This document shows positions 49,272 to 59,172 of a stretch of 64,000 nucleotides of DNA, piece by piece; position 1 is the first letter of the stretch; each line of letters begins with the position of its first letter. The translations under genes were made by a program, and so were the position numbers. The notes beneath the pieces were generated by a model. That model was not told where the DNA came from, made no database searches, and saw nothing but the letters and a program-made list of their open reading frames with translations. This DNA comes from a virus (Duplodnaviria > Caudoviricetes): positions 1 to 64,000 of IMG/VR virus record IMGVR_UViG_3300037400_005963, one strand, 5' to 3'.

Positions 49272-52157
49272 TTAAATTTCACCGGTAAACTCCATACCCA
49301 TATCGATAGCATCAGAGTACACGATGATATACTTAAGTGAACGAGCAAAGCGGCACTCAACGAGAACATACATCTTGTTCTGACGTCTTGCCTCATCGTC
49401 GTTTTCATCCAAACCTGAGATAGTAATTCTGTAATCATCTACAGTATACTGCATAGGTTGGATAGTTCTCTTGAACCAATATTTCAAGATATCCTCAGCG
49501 TCTGCATAAGTTACATCATTGATCTTTCTACCAATGAGGGGCTTGAGCAGAGTAGGAATAGCTTTATTAATTCTGATAAAGAGACGAGAGTTACCATCCT
49601 CGTTAAGAATATGATTTTCGCTAGTCATTGTATAGCAGTCATTCATATTCCAAGTCTGGCTCTGAGTATTCCACATAGCGGTATTGATTTGCTTGCTAAG
49701 CAAGAGCTGACGCTGTTTCTTGGTGAACTCAGTAACTGGCTTAGTATAAAGAACTTGACCAGTTGAATTGAAACCAAATACCGAAGCAAACTCACGATCC
49801 ATTGAACGGTTCTTTGCAACTGCCTCCCAATAGATTACACTAGGAGAAGCATAGTACTTGAAGCCAACTGTACCGGTATCGATATCCCAAGGAGCGCTAG
49901 TATAGAGCTTATAAGAATCCTGTGCCAATTTAGATCTGAAGTTAGCAATAGCAAGGTAGTTAGTGCTATTAACAGTAGAAATTGGATAGAAGTAATTCTC
50001 ATTCTTAGCCATATTGCAGAGATAACTTTGGAAATCGAGAGATGTGTTACCGAGATCGGTAAGACCTTCTACAGTGTAGATTTCATCCTCAGTAATTGAG
50101 CTAATTGACTTCTTAAGGTCATCATCCGATACGGTGAGAATATAAGACTTATTTTCTCCCTTAGTTGGTAAGGTAAGATTTGCAAAAATCTGAGCAGTTT
50201 CGTCCTCGACTTTATCATACCATACTGCAACGCCTTCGAAACCATCCTCATTGTATTCAGTTGAGGTCAAAGTATTCCTGAGAACATAAGTACCCTCTTC
50301 TCCAATAGTTCCAAAGCTCTCTACAGTTACTTCAGTTAAATTCTCTACCTCAACCTTGTGATCTGCAGCATTATACTCAGTTTCACTAGACTCAACAACG
50401 GCAGCAGCTGTACCAGCAATTTCTGATACTATATAATAAACTGGATTGTCAGTGCCAACCTTAATTACATAACCTACATGTTCCGCATTAGCATAGGTTT
50501 CTGTTAACGATTCGAGAGAAGTTCCAGCTTCAACAGTAATTTGTTGAGCAGTAACAGCAGTTCCAAATGCTCTTTCGTCAGATTCATCTAAACGATAGGT
50601 AGTTTCTACTGCAGGTACATATTTCCAATACTCGTAATCATCCATGTGGATACTAACATTATCAGGTACGAGTAAAACTTTCTCATACTGGCTACCAATA
50701 TTGGCAGCAATACTTGAAGGAAGTGAATGATTAGCGTCATTCTCGGGAGCACCGTTTACAACATAAACTCCTTCAAGACTATCACCTCTAAAGAAAGTAT
50801 CGCCTGTATACTTCCAACTCGATGCAAATCCCCAGTAATTGAGATCCAGTTCATGGAGATCGTCAGGAAGATTGAGATTGATCATCTTAAGAGCCTCATT
50901 AACTTCTTCTACAGTCATATCACCACGACCGGGGATATTACCGATATTGAAGTATAGAGGATCAGAATCAAGACTAGGATCAAGCACGGCTACCTCATAG
51001 AAATCTCTTTCATAATACTTCTGCTTATCAGCTTCCTCGGCACTCTCAATAATTTGTAAAACCTTAGGAAGTACGCGATAAGGAGACTTACCAGATATTT
51101 CAATAGTAGGTTCAGAGTCTCTTGTAACCACGGCATCGTGATTAAATCTTCTAATTCTTACTTTAAGCTCTGTATTAGAGTTGTAAACGTTAGTAGCATA
51201 GTAGTCAACATTTACAAAGCCTGATGTGCCAGAATAAGCACTTCCATTAAGATCTATGGTCTGCTGATCTACGTTACTTTCCTCTGTCCAATCTAATTCA
51301 GCTGCAGTCATATAAGCAAGGCCGTCATATTTACTACCGGCATTAATTTCTTTTGGAACGTTAAGTATCTTTCTAGTATCACCCTTAATATAGGATGCAT
51401 TCTTGAATCCGCCCTTATCTAAGAAGTTCTCAGCAAGATAAACCTCCTCAAATACAACGCAATTAGCAACGTCACCCGATACTGATTTAGCCTCTGGATT
51501 GGGCTCTTCACCGGGAATATCTACGTAAGCATCTTCATAGAATGAATACTTAGGCGAGAAGAACTTAGAGGTATCATTAAGAGCCTCAACAAGCTCACCT
51601 AAAGTACGTACATAGTAATCGTACTCGGGACCCTTGTCTGAAGTAAGATTACCAATAATACCTACTTCATTAACACTGATCGCCCAACCACGTTCGGGAT
51701 GTTGTGACTGATCATCTAATTCGTCAATAACTAACTTGAAAGAGGGAACTCTCTTAAGAAGTTGACCGTCACGAATAATATAGATATCATCTGTACCACC
51801 AACTACAAGTGGCTTAACATAGCTAAGATCGGCACCCTTAGATGCACGAACAATTAACATGTTGGTTGATCCAGCTAGACGATAAGCATTTAACCACATA
51901 GTAGAGGCTAAAGTTTTGTCCTCGCCTAAATACAGATCATTAAGAGAATTTACATAGTTCTTAGAAAGATCACGGCTAGCATAGGTGTTAAGAAAATCCT
52001 TTTGACTAGTGATCAATACTGGAGTAGTGGGACCTGAATCTGAAATAATAGTAGCACCAATAATTAGGTCTTCCCCAGCAGTAGGAACTATAGTAGCAGT
52101 TTTAATACGCTCATAGACTTTAATATAGGGCTCGAGCGTTTCTTTCCATTGTGCCAT
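49272..52157 (-). CDS. Major tail sheath protein with large insertion
   Basis: PYIKVYER...GPTTPVLITSQKDFLNTY N-terminus; C-terminal SRLFIRINKAI...LIGRKIND...RRQNKMYVLVECRFARSLKYI; high-expression codon bias. Confidence 0.85.
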   Translation of the reverse strand: MAQWKETLEPYIKVYERIKTATIVPTAGEDLIIGATIISDSGPTTPVLITSQKDFLNTYASRDLSKNYVNSLNDLYLGEDKTLASTMWLNAYRLAGSTNMLIVRASKGADLSYVKPLVVGGTDDIYIIRDGQLLKRVPSFKLVIDELDDQSQHPERGWAISVNEVGIIGNLTSDKGPEYDYYVRTLGELVEALNDTSKFFSPKYSFYEDAYVDIPGEEPNPEAKSVSGDVANCVVFEEVYLAENFLDKGGFKNASYIKGDTRKILNVPKEINAGSKYDGLAYMTAAELDWTEESNVDQQTIDLNGSAYSGTSGFVNVDYYATNVYNSNTELKVRIRRFNHDAVVTRDSEPTIEISGKSPYRVLPKVLQIIESAEEADKQKYYERDFYEVAVLDPSLDSDPLYFNIGNIPGRGDMTVEEVNEALKMINLNLPDDLHELDLNYWGFASSWKYTGDTFFRGDSLEGVYVVNGAPENDANHSLPSSIAANIGSQYEKVLLVPDNVSIHMDDYEYWKYVPAVETTYRLDESDERAFGTAVTAQQITVEAGTSLESLTETYANAEHVGYVIKVGTDNPVYYIVSEIAGTAAAVVESSETEYNAADHKVEVENLTEVTVESFGTIGEEGTYVLRNTLTSTEYNEDGFEGVAVWYDKVEDETAQIFANLTLPTKGENKSYILTVSDDDLKKSISSITEDEIYTVEGLTDLGNTSLDFQSYLCNMAKNENYFYPISTVNSTNYLAIANFRSKLAQDSYKLYTSAPWDIDTGTVGFKYYASPSVIYWEAVAKNRSMDREFASVFGFNSTGQVLYTKPVTEFTKKQRQLLLSKQINTAMWNTQSQTWNMNDCYTMTSENHILNEDGNSRLFIRINKAIPTLLKPLIGRKINDVTYADAEDILKYWFKRTIQPMQYTVDDYRITISGLDENDDEARRQNKMYVLVECRFARSLKYIIVYSDAIDMGMEFTGEI

Positions 52158-52188
52158 ATTAAAATTTCCTTTATTTAAAAATATTTAT

Positions 52189-52932
52189 TTAACCTACTTC
52201 TACAATGTAAACAGGGTATTTATTCTCAACGAAGGATTTTATAATTGAGCTAACTTGTTTAACATTCTTAGAAGCATTCTTCTCCGTTGTTATAGTAATC
52301 TCGTTAAATCGATTATTCTGTGTACTAGTTTGAATTCTTCCACCGCTTTGTTTTACTATTTTATTAACTAAGTTCTTGAGATTTTTATCATCTATAGAAT
52401 TTATAACGGTTTGTAATTCTCCACTAGCTGAGGATAATACTATACATACCTTAGTAGGTAGTTCGTTTGCTTTCTTAGGATCAAAAGTATAATCTTGTCC
52501 TTCTTTATAACCTAGATACTTAAGCTCTCGTTCAAGGGGCTTGGTTAATCTTTGATTAGTATGTTTTTGACTCCACTTTTCATTTAATGTTTTAACCATA
52601 CCAACTACTGAACCTAAAGCAGCACCAAGTAAAGTAGTGCCGGCTATAAATAAAAACTTCTGATCACTAGATGTTTTCCTGCCAGGTACTTCATTATAGG
52701 TCTTTTTAATATTTCCTTGCTTATCTGGATTAGTAGTTCCGGTATATACCCTTTTAGTGCTATGTTCGTAAAGAGAATTATATTTTTTTGATCCAGGTAC
52801 AAATTTAGGAACCCTTGAGGGAATCAATTTAGAGGAAGATCCCACTAAACCAATGCCGGCACCCATAGTAGCACCCTTTCTCATATCCTCCAGAATATAA
52901 TTACTAAAATCCTTCTGTCGGAATATAATCAT
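52189..52932 (-). CDS. Leader-bearing Gly-zipper plus paralogue-domain protein
   Basis: MIIFRQKDFS leader; GATMGAGIG and LLGAALGSVVG. Confidence 0.65.
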   Translation of the reverse strand: MIIFRQKDFSNYILEDMRKGATMGAGIGLVGSSSKLIPSRVPKFVPGSKKYNSLYEHSTKRVYTGTTNPDKQGNIKKTYNEVPGRKTSSDQKFLFIAGTTLLGAALGSVVGMVKTLNEKWSQKHTNQRLTKPLERELKYLGYKEGQDYTFDPKKANELPTKVCIVLSSASGELQTVINSIDDKNLKNLVNKIVKQSGGRIQTSTQNNRFNEITITTEKNASKNVKQVSSIIKSFVENKYPVYIVEVG

Positions 52933-52946
52933 CGTTTAAAAAATTT

Positions 52947-53486
52947 TTAGAGAGTACTAGTAAAAGTAGCAGTAACAGTTACATTGCTCTCAGGCATTGT
53001 GAACTTATTCTCTGATACAGTAACATCGTTATCACTTGCATCCTTAACTACCCAAGCAGTGAAAGTAAAGTTCTCAGCTGGAGTAGCAGTCAATGTAATT
53101 TCTGTATTCTTAGCTGCACTTTCAGCACTTGCGCTAATAGTACCACCTTCAGCGGGTTGATTTACTGTAATTGTGTAGGTAGTAGGTGTAGTCTCGCCAC
53201 CTTGGTTGCCACCTTCATTACCACCTTCGTTTCCACCTTCAGAAGCATTCTCCTGTGCAGCAGCCTGACCCTTTTGAGTAGTAGTGTCGGGAAGACCTAC
53301 CAAGTCCTCTGCATTGTATGGGAACTTGTCTGGATCCTGTGCATTAAGCATGTCTACAGGAAAATAATCCTCTACAAAAACCTCAGGAGTTGCGAAGAAA
53401 TCGTTAACCTCTACAGTCTCTACTGTAGTCTCTGGAGTAGTGTTCTCTGCTCCACCATTTTCAATGTTATCAATGTTATCAGCCAT
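52947..53486 (-). CDS. Virion decoration protein with C-terminal Ig-like / InlB-B-repeat (Flg_new-type) domain
   Basis: YTITVNQPAEGGTISAS...EITLTATPAENFTFTAW...FTMPESNVTVTATF; acidic N-terminus and GGNE linker; high-expression codons. Confidence 0.75.
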   Translation of the reverse strand: MADNIDNIENGGAENTTPETTVETVEVNDFFATPEVFVEDYFPVDMLNAQDPDKFPYNAEDLVGLPDTTTQKGQAAAQENASEGGNEGGNEGGNQGGETTPTTYTITVNQPAEGGTISASAESAAKNTEITLTATPAENFTFTAWVVKDASDNDVTVSENKFTMPESNVTVTATFTSTL

Positions 53487-53505
53487 TGTAATAAAAATTT
53501 TAAAT

Positions 53506-54204
53506 TTAAATTATTGCGTTTAACTTGAAACCTTCCTCCATTAAGTTTTTGGGAATTTCAAGTTCTGTTCCTATTTTTACTTTTAATTCTACGTGAAATA
53601 TATTGTTCCCCGGTTGAGTAGCAATATATCCAGTTTCATTTTCATACTTATCGCAGTATGAATCAAGTATCTTATCTATTTTTCTAACTTCATTCGATCT
53701 AGGATTAACAAATAATATCTCTAATAATCCTTGATGATAAAGAAGATTTACTACATATTTATGTGGATTCTGACCTCCCGCTATATCTAAATCTTGCAGG
53801 AGATTCGTAGTAGAGTACTCAGAGTCTCCGTGGAAATCGGAGTCTTCTGCTTTTTTAACTAACCACGACTTAACTTCACCTTCATTGCCTAGAATACCTT
53901 CGAGCGAACTTGAAGATTTATTATCTCTTAAAGAAAAAGTTTTCATCTTAGTGAAAATACTCTTAGGTTGAGTTCGTTTAATTGTCTTATTATTTTCCAT
54001 ATTTAAACTACTTAATTCCTCAGTTGCATTTTTTAAACTGCCAGTCAACCTTCTCATCTCTTTAAGTTGCTCTTCTTGATATTTTCTATCACTATTTCGT
54101 CTTTTTGTATTTATAATGAGGTTAGTTCCGGCAATTCCCAAAGAGGCGGCTGGTACTCCATATTTTATCCCCTTATCTATATATCTTTTAGTACGAGTAT
54201 CCAT
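53506..54204 (-). CDS. Putative internal head protein (hydrophobic N-terminal peptide plus paralogue domain)
   Basis: Internal MKTFS site; IDKILDSYCDKY matches VNEILDYYCKKY of 46608..47825. Confidence 0.6.
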   Translation of the reverse strand: MDTRTKRYIDKGIKYGVPAASLGIAGTNLIINTKRRNSDRKYQEEQLKEMRRLTGSLKNATEELSSLNMENNKTIKRTQPKSIFTKMKTFSLRDNKSSSSLEGILGNEGEVKSWLVKKAEDSDFHGDSEYSTTNLLQDLDIAGGQNPHKYVVNLLYHQGLLEILFVNPRSNEVRKIDKILDSYCDKYENETGYIATQPGNNIFHVELKVKIGTELEIPKNLMEEGFKLNAII

Positions 54205-54619
54205 CTCTTTGAGTCATATTTGTTTTCCAATCAGCACGCTCTCTCCTCTTTGCCTGTTTTTGAGCATAAACTAATCGTTTATTATAAAAAGCGTTATCTT
54301 CGGCTTCTTTTTTTCGTTGGGATTGAGTATACAGACCTCCACCTATTGCACCAAGGTACGCTCCGGTTTTTGCTCCACCAGCAAAACCATTAAGACGTTT
54401 ACTAGCCCAGTTTCCAGTACCTCTACCTGCAACAGTTCCTAGAATACTTCCAGCAGCACCAAGAGCAATTGCTCCTGTGGCAGCAGATCTAAGCGTTGGA
54501 CCTACAAATGCAGTTTTTTTCTTCTTCTCAGCTAGGATATCAGAATCTTTCATCCTCTTAAGATTATCAGTATCATCCCAACGAGTGAAGTTTTTTCGTT
54601 TTAATATATAAATTGCCAT
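54188..54619 (-). CDS. Leader-bearing glycine-zipper protein
   Basis: MAIYILKRKNFT leader; AATGAIALGAAGSILG...GAYLGAIGGG. Confidence 0.65.
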   Translation of the reverse strand: MAIYILKRKNFTRWDDTDNLKRMKDSDILAEKKKKTAFVGPTLRSAATGAIALGAAGSILGTVAGRGTGNWASKRLNGFAGGAKTGAYLGAIGGGLYTQSQRKKEAEDNAFYNKRLVYAQKQAKRRERADWKTNMTQRDGYSY

Positions 54620-54624
54620 AGATC

Positions 54625-55971
54625 CTAGTTATTAATTTCATTACCTCCCTGTTTAGGTTGGACTGCCTTTTCTTTAGAGTTCTGATACTTATATGCATCA
54701 GGATCTATTTTTTCCATCCCCTTTCTCATAGTATTCATAGCTTTAGTGTAAAGAACACTTCCTATTCCAATTGCAGGAGCTAATGCAACTATATTTGCCT
54801 TGGTGGGATGATTTTTTATCCAATTTCCAGCCTTGCTCAGAGAACTAATATTAGAATTTCCAAGACTCTTTCCAAAATTTTGTACATTCTTTGTCCCAAA
54901 TGAACCGAAAGAGCCTATTTTCATAGCACCGCCAGAAAGTGTCCTGCCCCTATGAGAGTTGAATGTTTGCCAACCAGATTTAGTTTTCTGTGGAATACTT
55001 TTTATTGTGCTTCCAATACCTGACAAAATACTAAACTGTTTTTGTCCTTGTCCTGGTTTTAAGGGCTTTTTTAATTTAGGACTTGGTTGAGATGTCGCTG
55101 CTATTTGATTCTTCAGCTGCTTTTTCTCGGCTTGATAAGATAAAAGACGTGGTGCTTCGAAACCAAATGTGATCGCAGGACCTAAAGCTTTTCCTAAAAC
55201 ACTATAAGCTCTTTGTTGACTATTCTGTTGAACTAGGTTTCCAGAATTATCTACTCCGAGATTATTCTTTTTCATATCTCGCTGAATAAATTTATTAACT
55301 AAATAACCGGCTGCAGTAATTTTAGCAGCTCCTTTAATAGTTCCTTTTATGGAGGAATTTATACCAGCAGCTTTACATGCTTTTCCCAAATCTCTACCTG
55401 CAACTCTCAGCTTTGCCCAATTCGGATTCAGAGATGCATAATTTCTTTGTGAAAATAGAAATTCGCTTTCTTTTTTCTTCTTCTTTTGTTGCTCTATTGC
55501 TTGTTGATCTGGTGGAAGTAAAACTTCAGCAGCTTTCTGGGCTGTATCAGGACTATTCTTCTCTGCTATTTTATTTAGTAGCTCATTTTGTTTTTGAACC
55601 GCTCTAGTTTGTCGATCCTGTGCAGCAACCTGTTTTCCATTCATTTTCTCCTGTTTCTTCATCTGATTGCTACTTTGTATCATCTGAGCGCCAGTTGTAC
55701 CAACCATAAGAGCTCCACTAGCTAATGCAATAGGAATACCAAAAGACTTTTCATACTGTCTACTTAATTCCCTAGTCTTCGCATTCATGGCCCTGGTTAC
55801 TTTATCCATTTCCTCTATCGTAGCCTTTCCCTGCTTTTCTGCTTCTTTCCCCTCTTTATGAGTTTGAATCATTCCATATGCAGGCAAGCCAACGAGAAGA
55901 CCATTTACGGCTAGATTTCCAGCAGACATTTTAGGGGATGCACTGAATATCTTTTTTCTAAATTTAGTCAT
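54625..55971 (-). CDS. Leader-bearing putative polyprotein of basic amphipathic peptides (448 aa; start re-assigned to ATG 55971)
   Basis: MTKFRKKIFS start after the stop of 55994..56296; internal EKSFG, QRNYA, QRAYS and QKQFS sites. Confidence 0.65.
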   Translation of the reverse strand: MTKFRKKIFSASPKMSAGNLAVNGLLVGLPAYGMIQTHKEGKEAEKQGKATIEEMDKVTRAMNAKTRELSRQYEKSFGIPIALASGALMVGTTGAQMIQSSNQMKKQEKMNGKQVAAQDRQTRAVQKQNELLNKIAEKNSPDTAQKAAEVLLPPDQQAIEQQKKKKKESEFLFSQRNYASLNPNWAKLRVAGRDLGKACKAAGINSSIKGTIKGAAKITAAGYLVNKFIQRDMKKNNLGVDNSGNLVQQNSQQRAYSVLGKALGPAITFGFEAPRLLSYQAEKKQLKNQIAATSQPSPKLKKPLKPGQGQKQFSILSGIGSTIKSIPQKTKSGWQTFNSHRGRTLSGGAMKIGSFGSFGTKNVQNFGKSLGNSNISSLSKAGNWIKNHPTKANIVALAPAIGIGSVLYTKAMNTMRKGMEKIDPDAYKYQNSKEKAVQPKQGGNEINN

Positions 55972-55993
55972 CACCTTTAAATTAAGTAATATT

Positions 55994-56296
55994 TTATTGA
56001 TCTTCGTAGCCTGAAGCTCTCTTAAGACCTTTACCAAGACCTTTTGTAGCGGCTGCACCAATACCGGCACCTATCAGCCAACCAAGGGGACCTCCAATTG
56101 CACTACCGATAACTCCAGTTCCCTGAAGAGCAGTTCCAATTGCACCTCCCAAATAGTGTCCGCCGAGAAGTCCACCACCAATAGCAGCAGGGGTAGAATC
56201 TAGTGCATTACCTACACCACCTGCTACGCCACCTGCAGTATCCTTCACGCCCTCTACAAGACTATAAGTCTTTCTTTTTAAAATATAAGTTGCCAT
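55994..56296 (-). CDS. Leader-bearing glycine-zipper protein
   Basis: MATYILKRKTYS leader; body is almost entirely GxxxG repeats. Confidence 0.7.
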   Translation of the reverse strand: MATYILKRKTYSLVEGVKDTAGGVAGGVGNALDSTPAAIGGGLLGGHYLGGAIGTALQGTGVIGSAIGGPLGWLIGAGIGAAATKGLGKGLKRASGYEDQ

Positions 56297-56302
56297 ATTA
56301 TA

Positions 56303-56515
56303 TTAATCGTCTTTTAAATCACTCCATCTAATTCCCCTGGATACTTCTAAACTCAATTTTCTTTGTTCCTTCCTAAGATCCCCTATTTTTGATAGCTCTC
56401 TATGAGAAGTTTCCATTCTTCCAAGTCTATCGAGATCTGTATCATATTTTCTTCCTCGAATAAAACCAGGAGAATTTGTATTTAGAATTTTTTGAGAGAA
56501 TCTTTTAATTATCAT
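56303..56515 (-). CDS. Small leader-bearing basic protein
   Basis: MIIKRFS start; tight packing. Confidence 0.55.
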   Translation of the reverse strand: MIIKRFSQKILNTNSPGFIRGRKYDTDLDRLGRMETSHRELSKIGDLRKEQRKLSLEVSRGIRWSDLKDD

Positions 56516-57084
56516 GCATCCAGAAGTTTTATACTATAATTTAGTCCAAAGGGTAGATAATTAAGTGCATCTATTGCATCCCTAATAGTCTTAAACTCTA
56601 GAACTAGTGATCGTTTTGTCTTCGAATACTCAATGGCTTCACCTAGAATTTCTTGAACTTTTCTTCTAAATTCTATATTAGTGTAACCATCAGTACTAAA
56701 TGTGGGTGGTGCACCACCCTTTTTATTATTATTATTGCCAAAAGTTTTTTCTCTTTCTGGCATTAAACTACCTTTCAGATTTAAAGATAAATTACCTAAT
56801 TTTTGATCATAAACTTTCAAGCTAGGTAATCTAACCTCGTCAGGTAATTTTGCCTTCGCACCTATTTTCAAATACATTCGATATTTTTCCCTTCCGAACA
56901 TAGAGGTGCTAATCGTAAATTTCTCAACTACGACATTATTTCCTCTTAAAATAGGAATCAATGCACTGCGGTTAATGATCGGAAATTTTTTTTGTCGATC
57001 ACCGCCAGTCAATTTTAGAATTTCCTGATAGAGGGACTTCATTGCGTCGTATTCTGAGAACGTCTTTTCTCTGAAATGTATCAT
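56512..57084 (-). CDS. Leader-bearing putative internal head protein
   Basis: MIHFREKTFS leader; internal REKTFG. Confidence 0.65.
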   Translation of the reverse strand: MIHFREKTFSEYDAMKSLYQEILKLTGGDRQKKFPIINRSALIPILRGNNVVVEKFTISTSMFGREKYRMYLKIGAKAKLPDEVRLPSLKVYDQKLGNLSLNLKGSLMPEREKTFGNNNNKKGGAPPTFSTDGYTNIEFRRKVQEILGEAIEYSKTKRSLVLEFKTIRDAIDALNYLPFGLNYSIKLLDA

Positions 57085-57461
57085 CTTTTCTTATCTACTA
57101 TCGAAAGGTTATATTTTGTTCCTAAAACCGATATAACATCTAGAGCAATCCCAAGATGATCAGTTTCTGCAGTAACCGTTCTTTCTTTTTTATCAGTATT
57201 GGTAATTCTCATGCTACACAAATCACCTAGAAGCTTCTGTGTATAGGAATAAAATTCTTTATCCTTAACCGTAATCTGATAGTATCCATATTCATTTTGA
57301 ACAAACTCCATAAGTACCATAGCTTTAGAGTTTATCCTACTAATCGGTTCTGCTTCTCTAGGAGTTATCGAATTATATGAAACGCCCTCTTTATCGAGAT
57401 AATCTTTAGCGTCCTCAATAAGATTTACCTCTTTTGATTTTTTTGGTCTAAACGTTATCAT
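57081..57461 (-). CDS. Putative internal head protein (paralogue-domain family; partial leader)
   Basis: MITFRPKK start lacks the F/Y-S end; C-terminus similar to 56512..57084. Confidence 0.55.
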   Translation of the reverse strand: MITFRPKKSKEVNLIEDAKDYLDKEGVSYNSITPREAEPISRINSKAMVLMEFVQNEYGYYQITVKDKEFYSYTQKLLGDLCSMRITNTDKKERTVTAETDHLGIALDVISVLGTKYNLSIVDKKR

Positions 57462-57476
57462 TCGTTTCTCCTATTT

Positions 57477-58559
57477 TTAATTTGATTCTAATTTAGATAC
57501 TATTTCTCCTAAGAATTTGTATCTAGTGTCGGGAACTTCATAAAAATAAAGTTCACACCTAAATTGACACTGTTCTGCAAAATTAGAATTATCATCTGCT
57601 TGGTACGTATGATTAAAATCTTCAGTAATTCCTTGCCATTTAACTGCTGCAGACCATCTCTCTCCGTACCTATCTGATGTCTTAAATTCCGTAAAGTTTG
57701 TCAGGAAGGTTACATTTTCATATCTATTTTTAAAGTCATGAAAAAGAACCATATCAGTAGTGTGAAGAGTAAATTCTACTGGTTGCTTATGACTAATTAT
57801 ATCACTGTCGTTTCTTCTAGGGTGACTATAATTAACAGGAGTCTGAATGAATTGATAAGTTATATAAGAAGTCTTACTTAAAGTCTGTTCTTTATTTAAC
57901 CTAACTAATTCTATCCCATACTTCTCCAGCCTTCTTCTCAACTCTAAGATAAATTGATCTTGATAGTCTATTGATCTTATTCTATAATCATCATATCTTC
58001 TTCTCAATGAATAAATTGAAGTATTTTCCGATGTCAAAGTTATAGGTGAATCTTTTATGATGATTTTCGGAAAATTTCTCAATTCCCACTCTTTCCCTAT
58101 CCTTTTTCCAACTGGTTTAAGGTAAAGAAGTTGGCCTGAATAAAAAAGATATTGAATAAATTCAGAATTTTTATAGTCATCCTTAGATATTACGAATACA
58201 GTCGAATCATACGTCTGAACTACCCGAGATTCACTATCATCAACTATTATTATATTAACTATATGTGAATCATGGGTTAATTTCTCCAGTTTTAGCCCAT
58301 TAAGTTCAACGGTAGTTTTCCCCTGAGATATTTTTTTTGTTCCGGAGGTTGGAATCATTTTCATATCTCCCGAACCTACTAAGGGTATTCCTAGAGATAC
58401 AGAAAGAGACTTCGCTGAGCTACCTGGAGAATATTGTATCTCTAAAACAGAAGATCCCGGATTCTCCATCATAGAATCATAAGAACCCTCCTTCACCTGA
58501 AAATAGTTACATTTAGAGGATGATATTCGAAGTCCCCTGTAAATTATCTCATTGAACAT
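57477..58559 (-). CDS. Tail terminator / sheath stabiliser (gp15-like), putative
   Basis: C-terminal half TSYITYQF...PVEFTLHT...QCQFRCELYFY fits the terminator fold pattern; no cargo leader. Confidence 0.45.
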   Translation of the reverse strand: MFNEIIYRGLRISSSKCNYFQVKEGSYDSMMENPGSSVLEIQYSPGSSAKSLSVSLGIPLVGSGDMKMIPTSGTKKISQGKTTVELNGLKLEKLTHDSHIVNIIIVDDSESRVVQTYDSTVFVISKDDYKNSEFIQYLFYSGQLLYLKPVGKRIGKEWELRNFPKIIIKDSPITLTSENTSIYSLRRRYDDYRIRSIDYQDQFILELRRRLEKYGIELVRLNKEQTLSKTSYITYQFIQTPVNYSHPRRNDSDIISHKQPVEFTLHTTDMVLFHDFKNRYENVTFLTNFTEFKTSDRYGERWSAAVKWQGITEDFNHTYQADDNSNFAEQCQFRCELYFYEVPDTRYKFLGEIVSKLESN

Positions 58560-58602
58560 AAATATTTTATTTTTAGAAACTATTAATAATTTCTACAATA
58601 CA

Positions 58603-59157
58603 TTAAGGGGTTGGAGGTGTAGCATTTATCTGCACCATTCGCTGCAACCTATCCTTCATTTTGGTATTTACTGCAGAATTATCTAGCTTAGACACCTTAT
58701 CTCCTACTTCTATGGAAGATTTAGTGAGATCTGCCTTTGCTTTATTAACCTCAGCTGAATTCCTCATGACAGATTGAACATCTTTTCCCCATAAACTTGT
58801 ACCATTTACCTTTTCCAATTGGTTTTTTGCAAAAAGTTGGCCCGATCTTTTCGCTGCCTCGTCTGTTACGGTTTTTCCTGCAGCTGCTGCACTATCTTTT
58901 ATAATGTTTGTTTGAGCATTAGCAAGACCCTTCATTCCGGCATTTTGCATCCCAGCACTATTTAAAGTCTTACCAGCACGCATTAAGAAAGTATTTGAAC
59001 TTTTCTGAAGACCTGAGCCTAACATTCCTTTCTGTGCACCCATAAAACCAAGTGCGGCAGTTCCAGCAAGTGCTCCACCAATGGCAAGTTTTTTACCTAA
59101 TCCCGAATTCTTATCATCACTCGAGAAGGTTCGTCTTTTCAATATATAAATTGCCAT
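58603..59157 (-). CDS. Leader-bearing basic protein with hydrophobic helix
   Basis: MAIYILKRRTFS; GKKLAIGGALAGTAALGFMGAQKGMLG; paralogue of 59173..59598. Confidence 0.65.
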   Translation of the reverse strand: MAIYILKRRTFSSDDKNSGLGKKLAIGGALAGTAALGFMGAQKGMLGSGLQKSSNTFLMRAGKTLNSAGMQNAGMKGLANAQTNIIKDSAAAAGKTVTDEAAKRSGQLFAKNQLEKVNGTSLWGKDVQSVMRNSAEVNKAKADLTKSSIEVGDKVSKLDNSAVNTKMKDRLQRMVQINATPPTP

Positions 59158-59172
59158 AATTACGTAATATTA

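Noticed and set aside
8579-52157. Bacterial contractile injection system / tailocin rather than phage
   Set aside because: A major capsid, scaffold and neck genes are in the same operon.
55972-56070. ORF-track starts at 56070, 33234 and 63994
   Set aside because: The first two overlap upstream genes and better ATGs exist at 55971 and 33147; the third is an internal GTG of a gene that starts outside the window.
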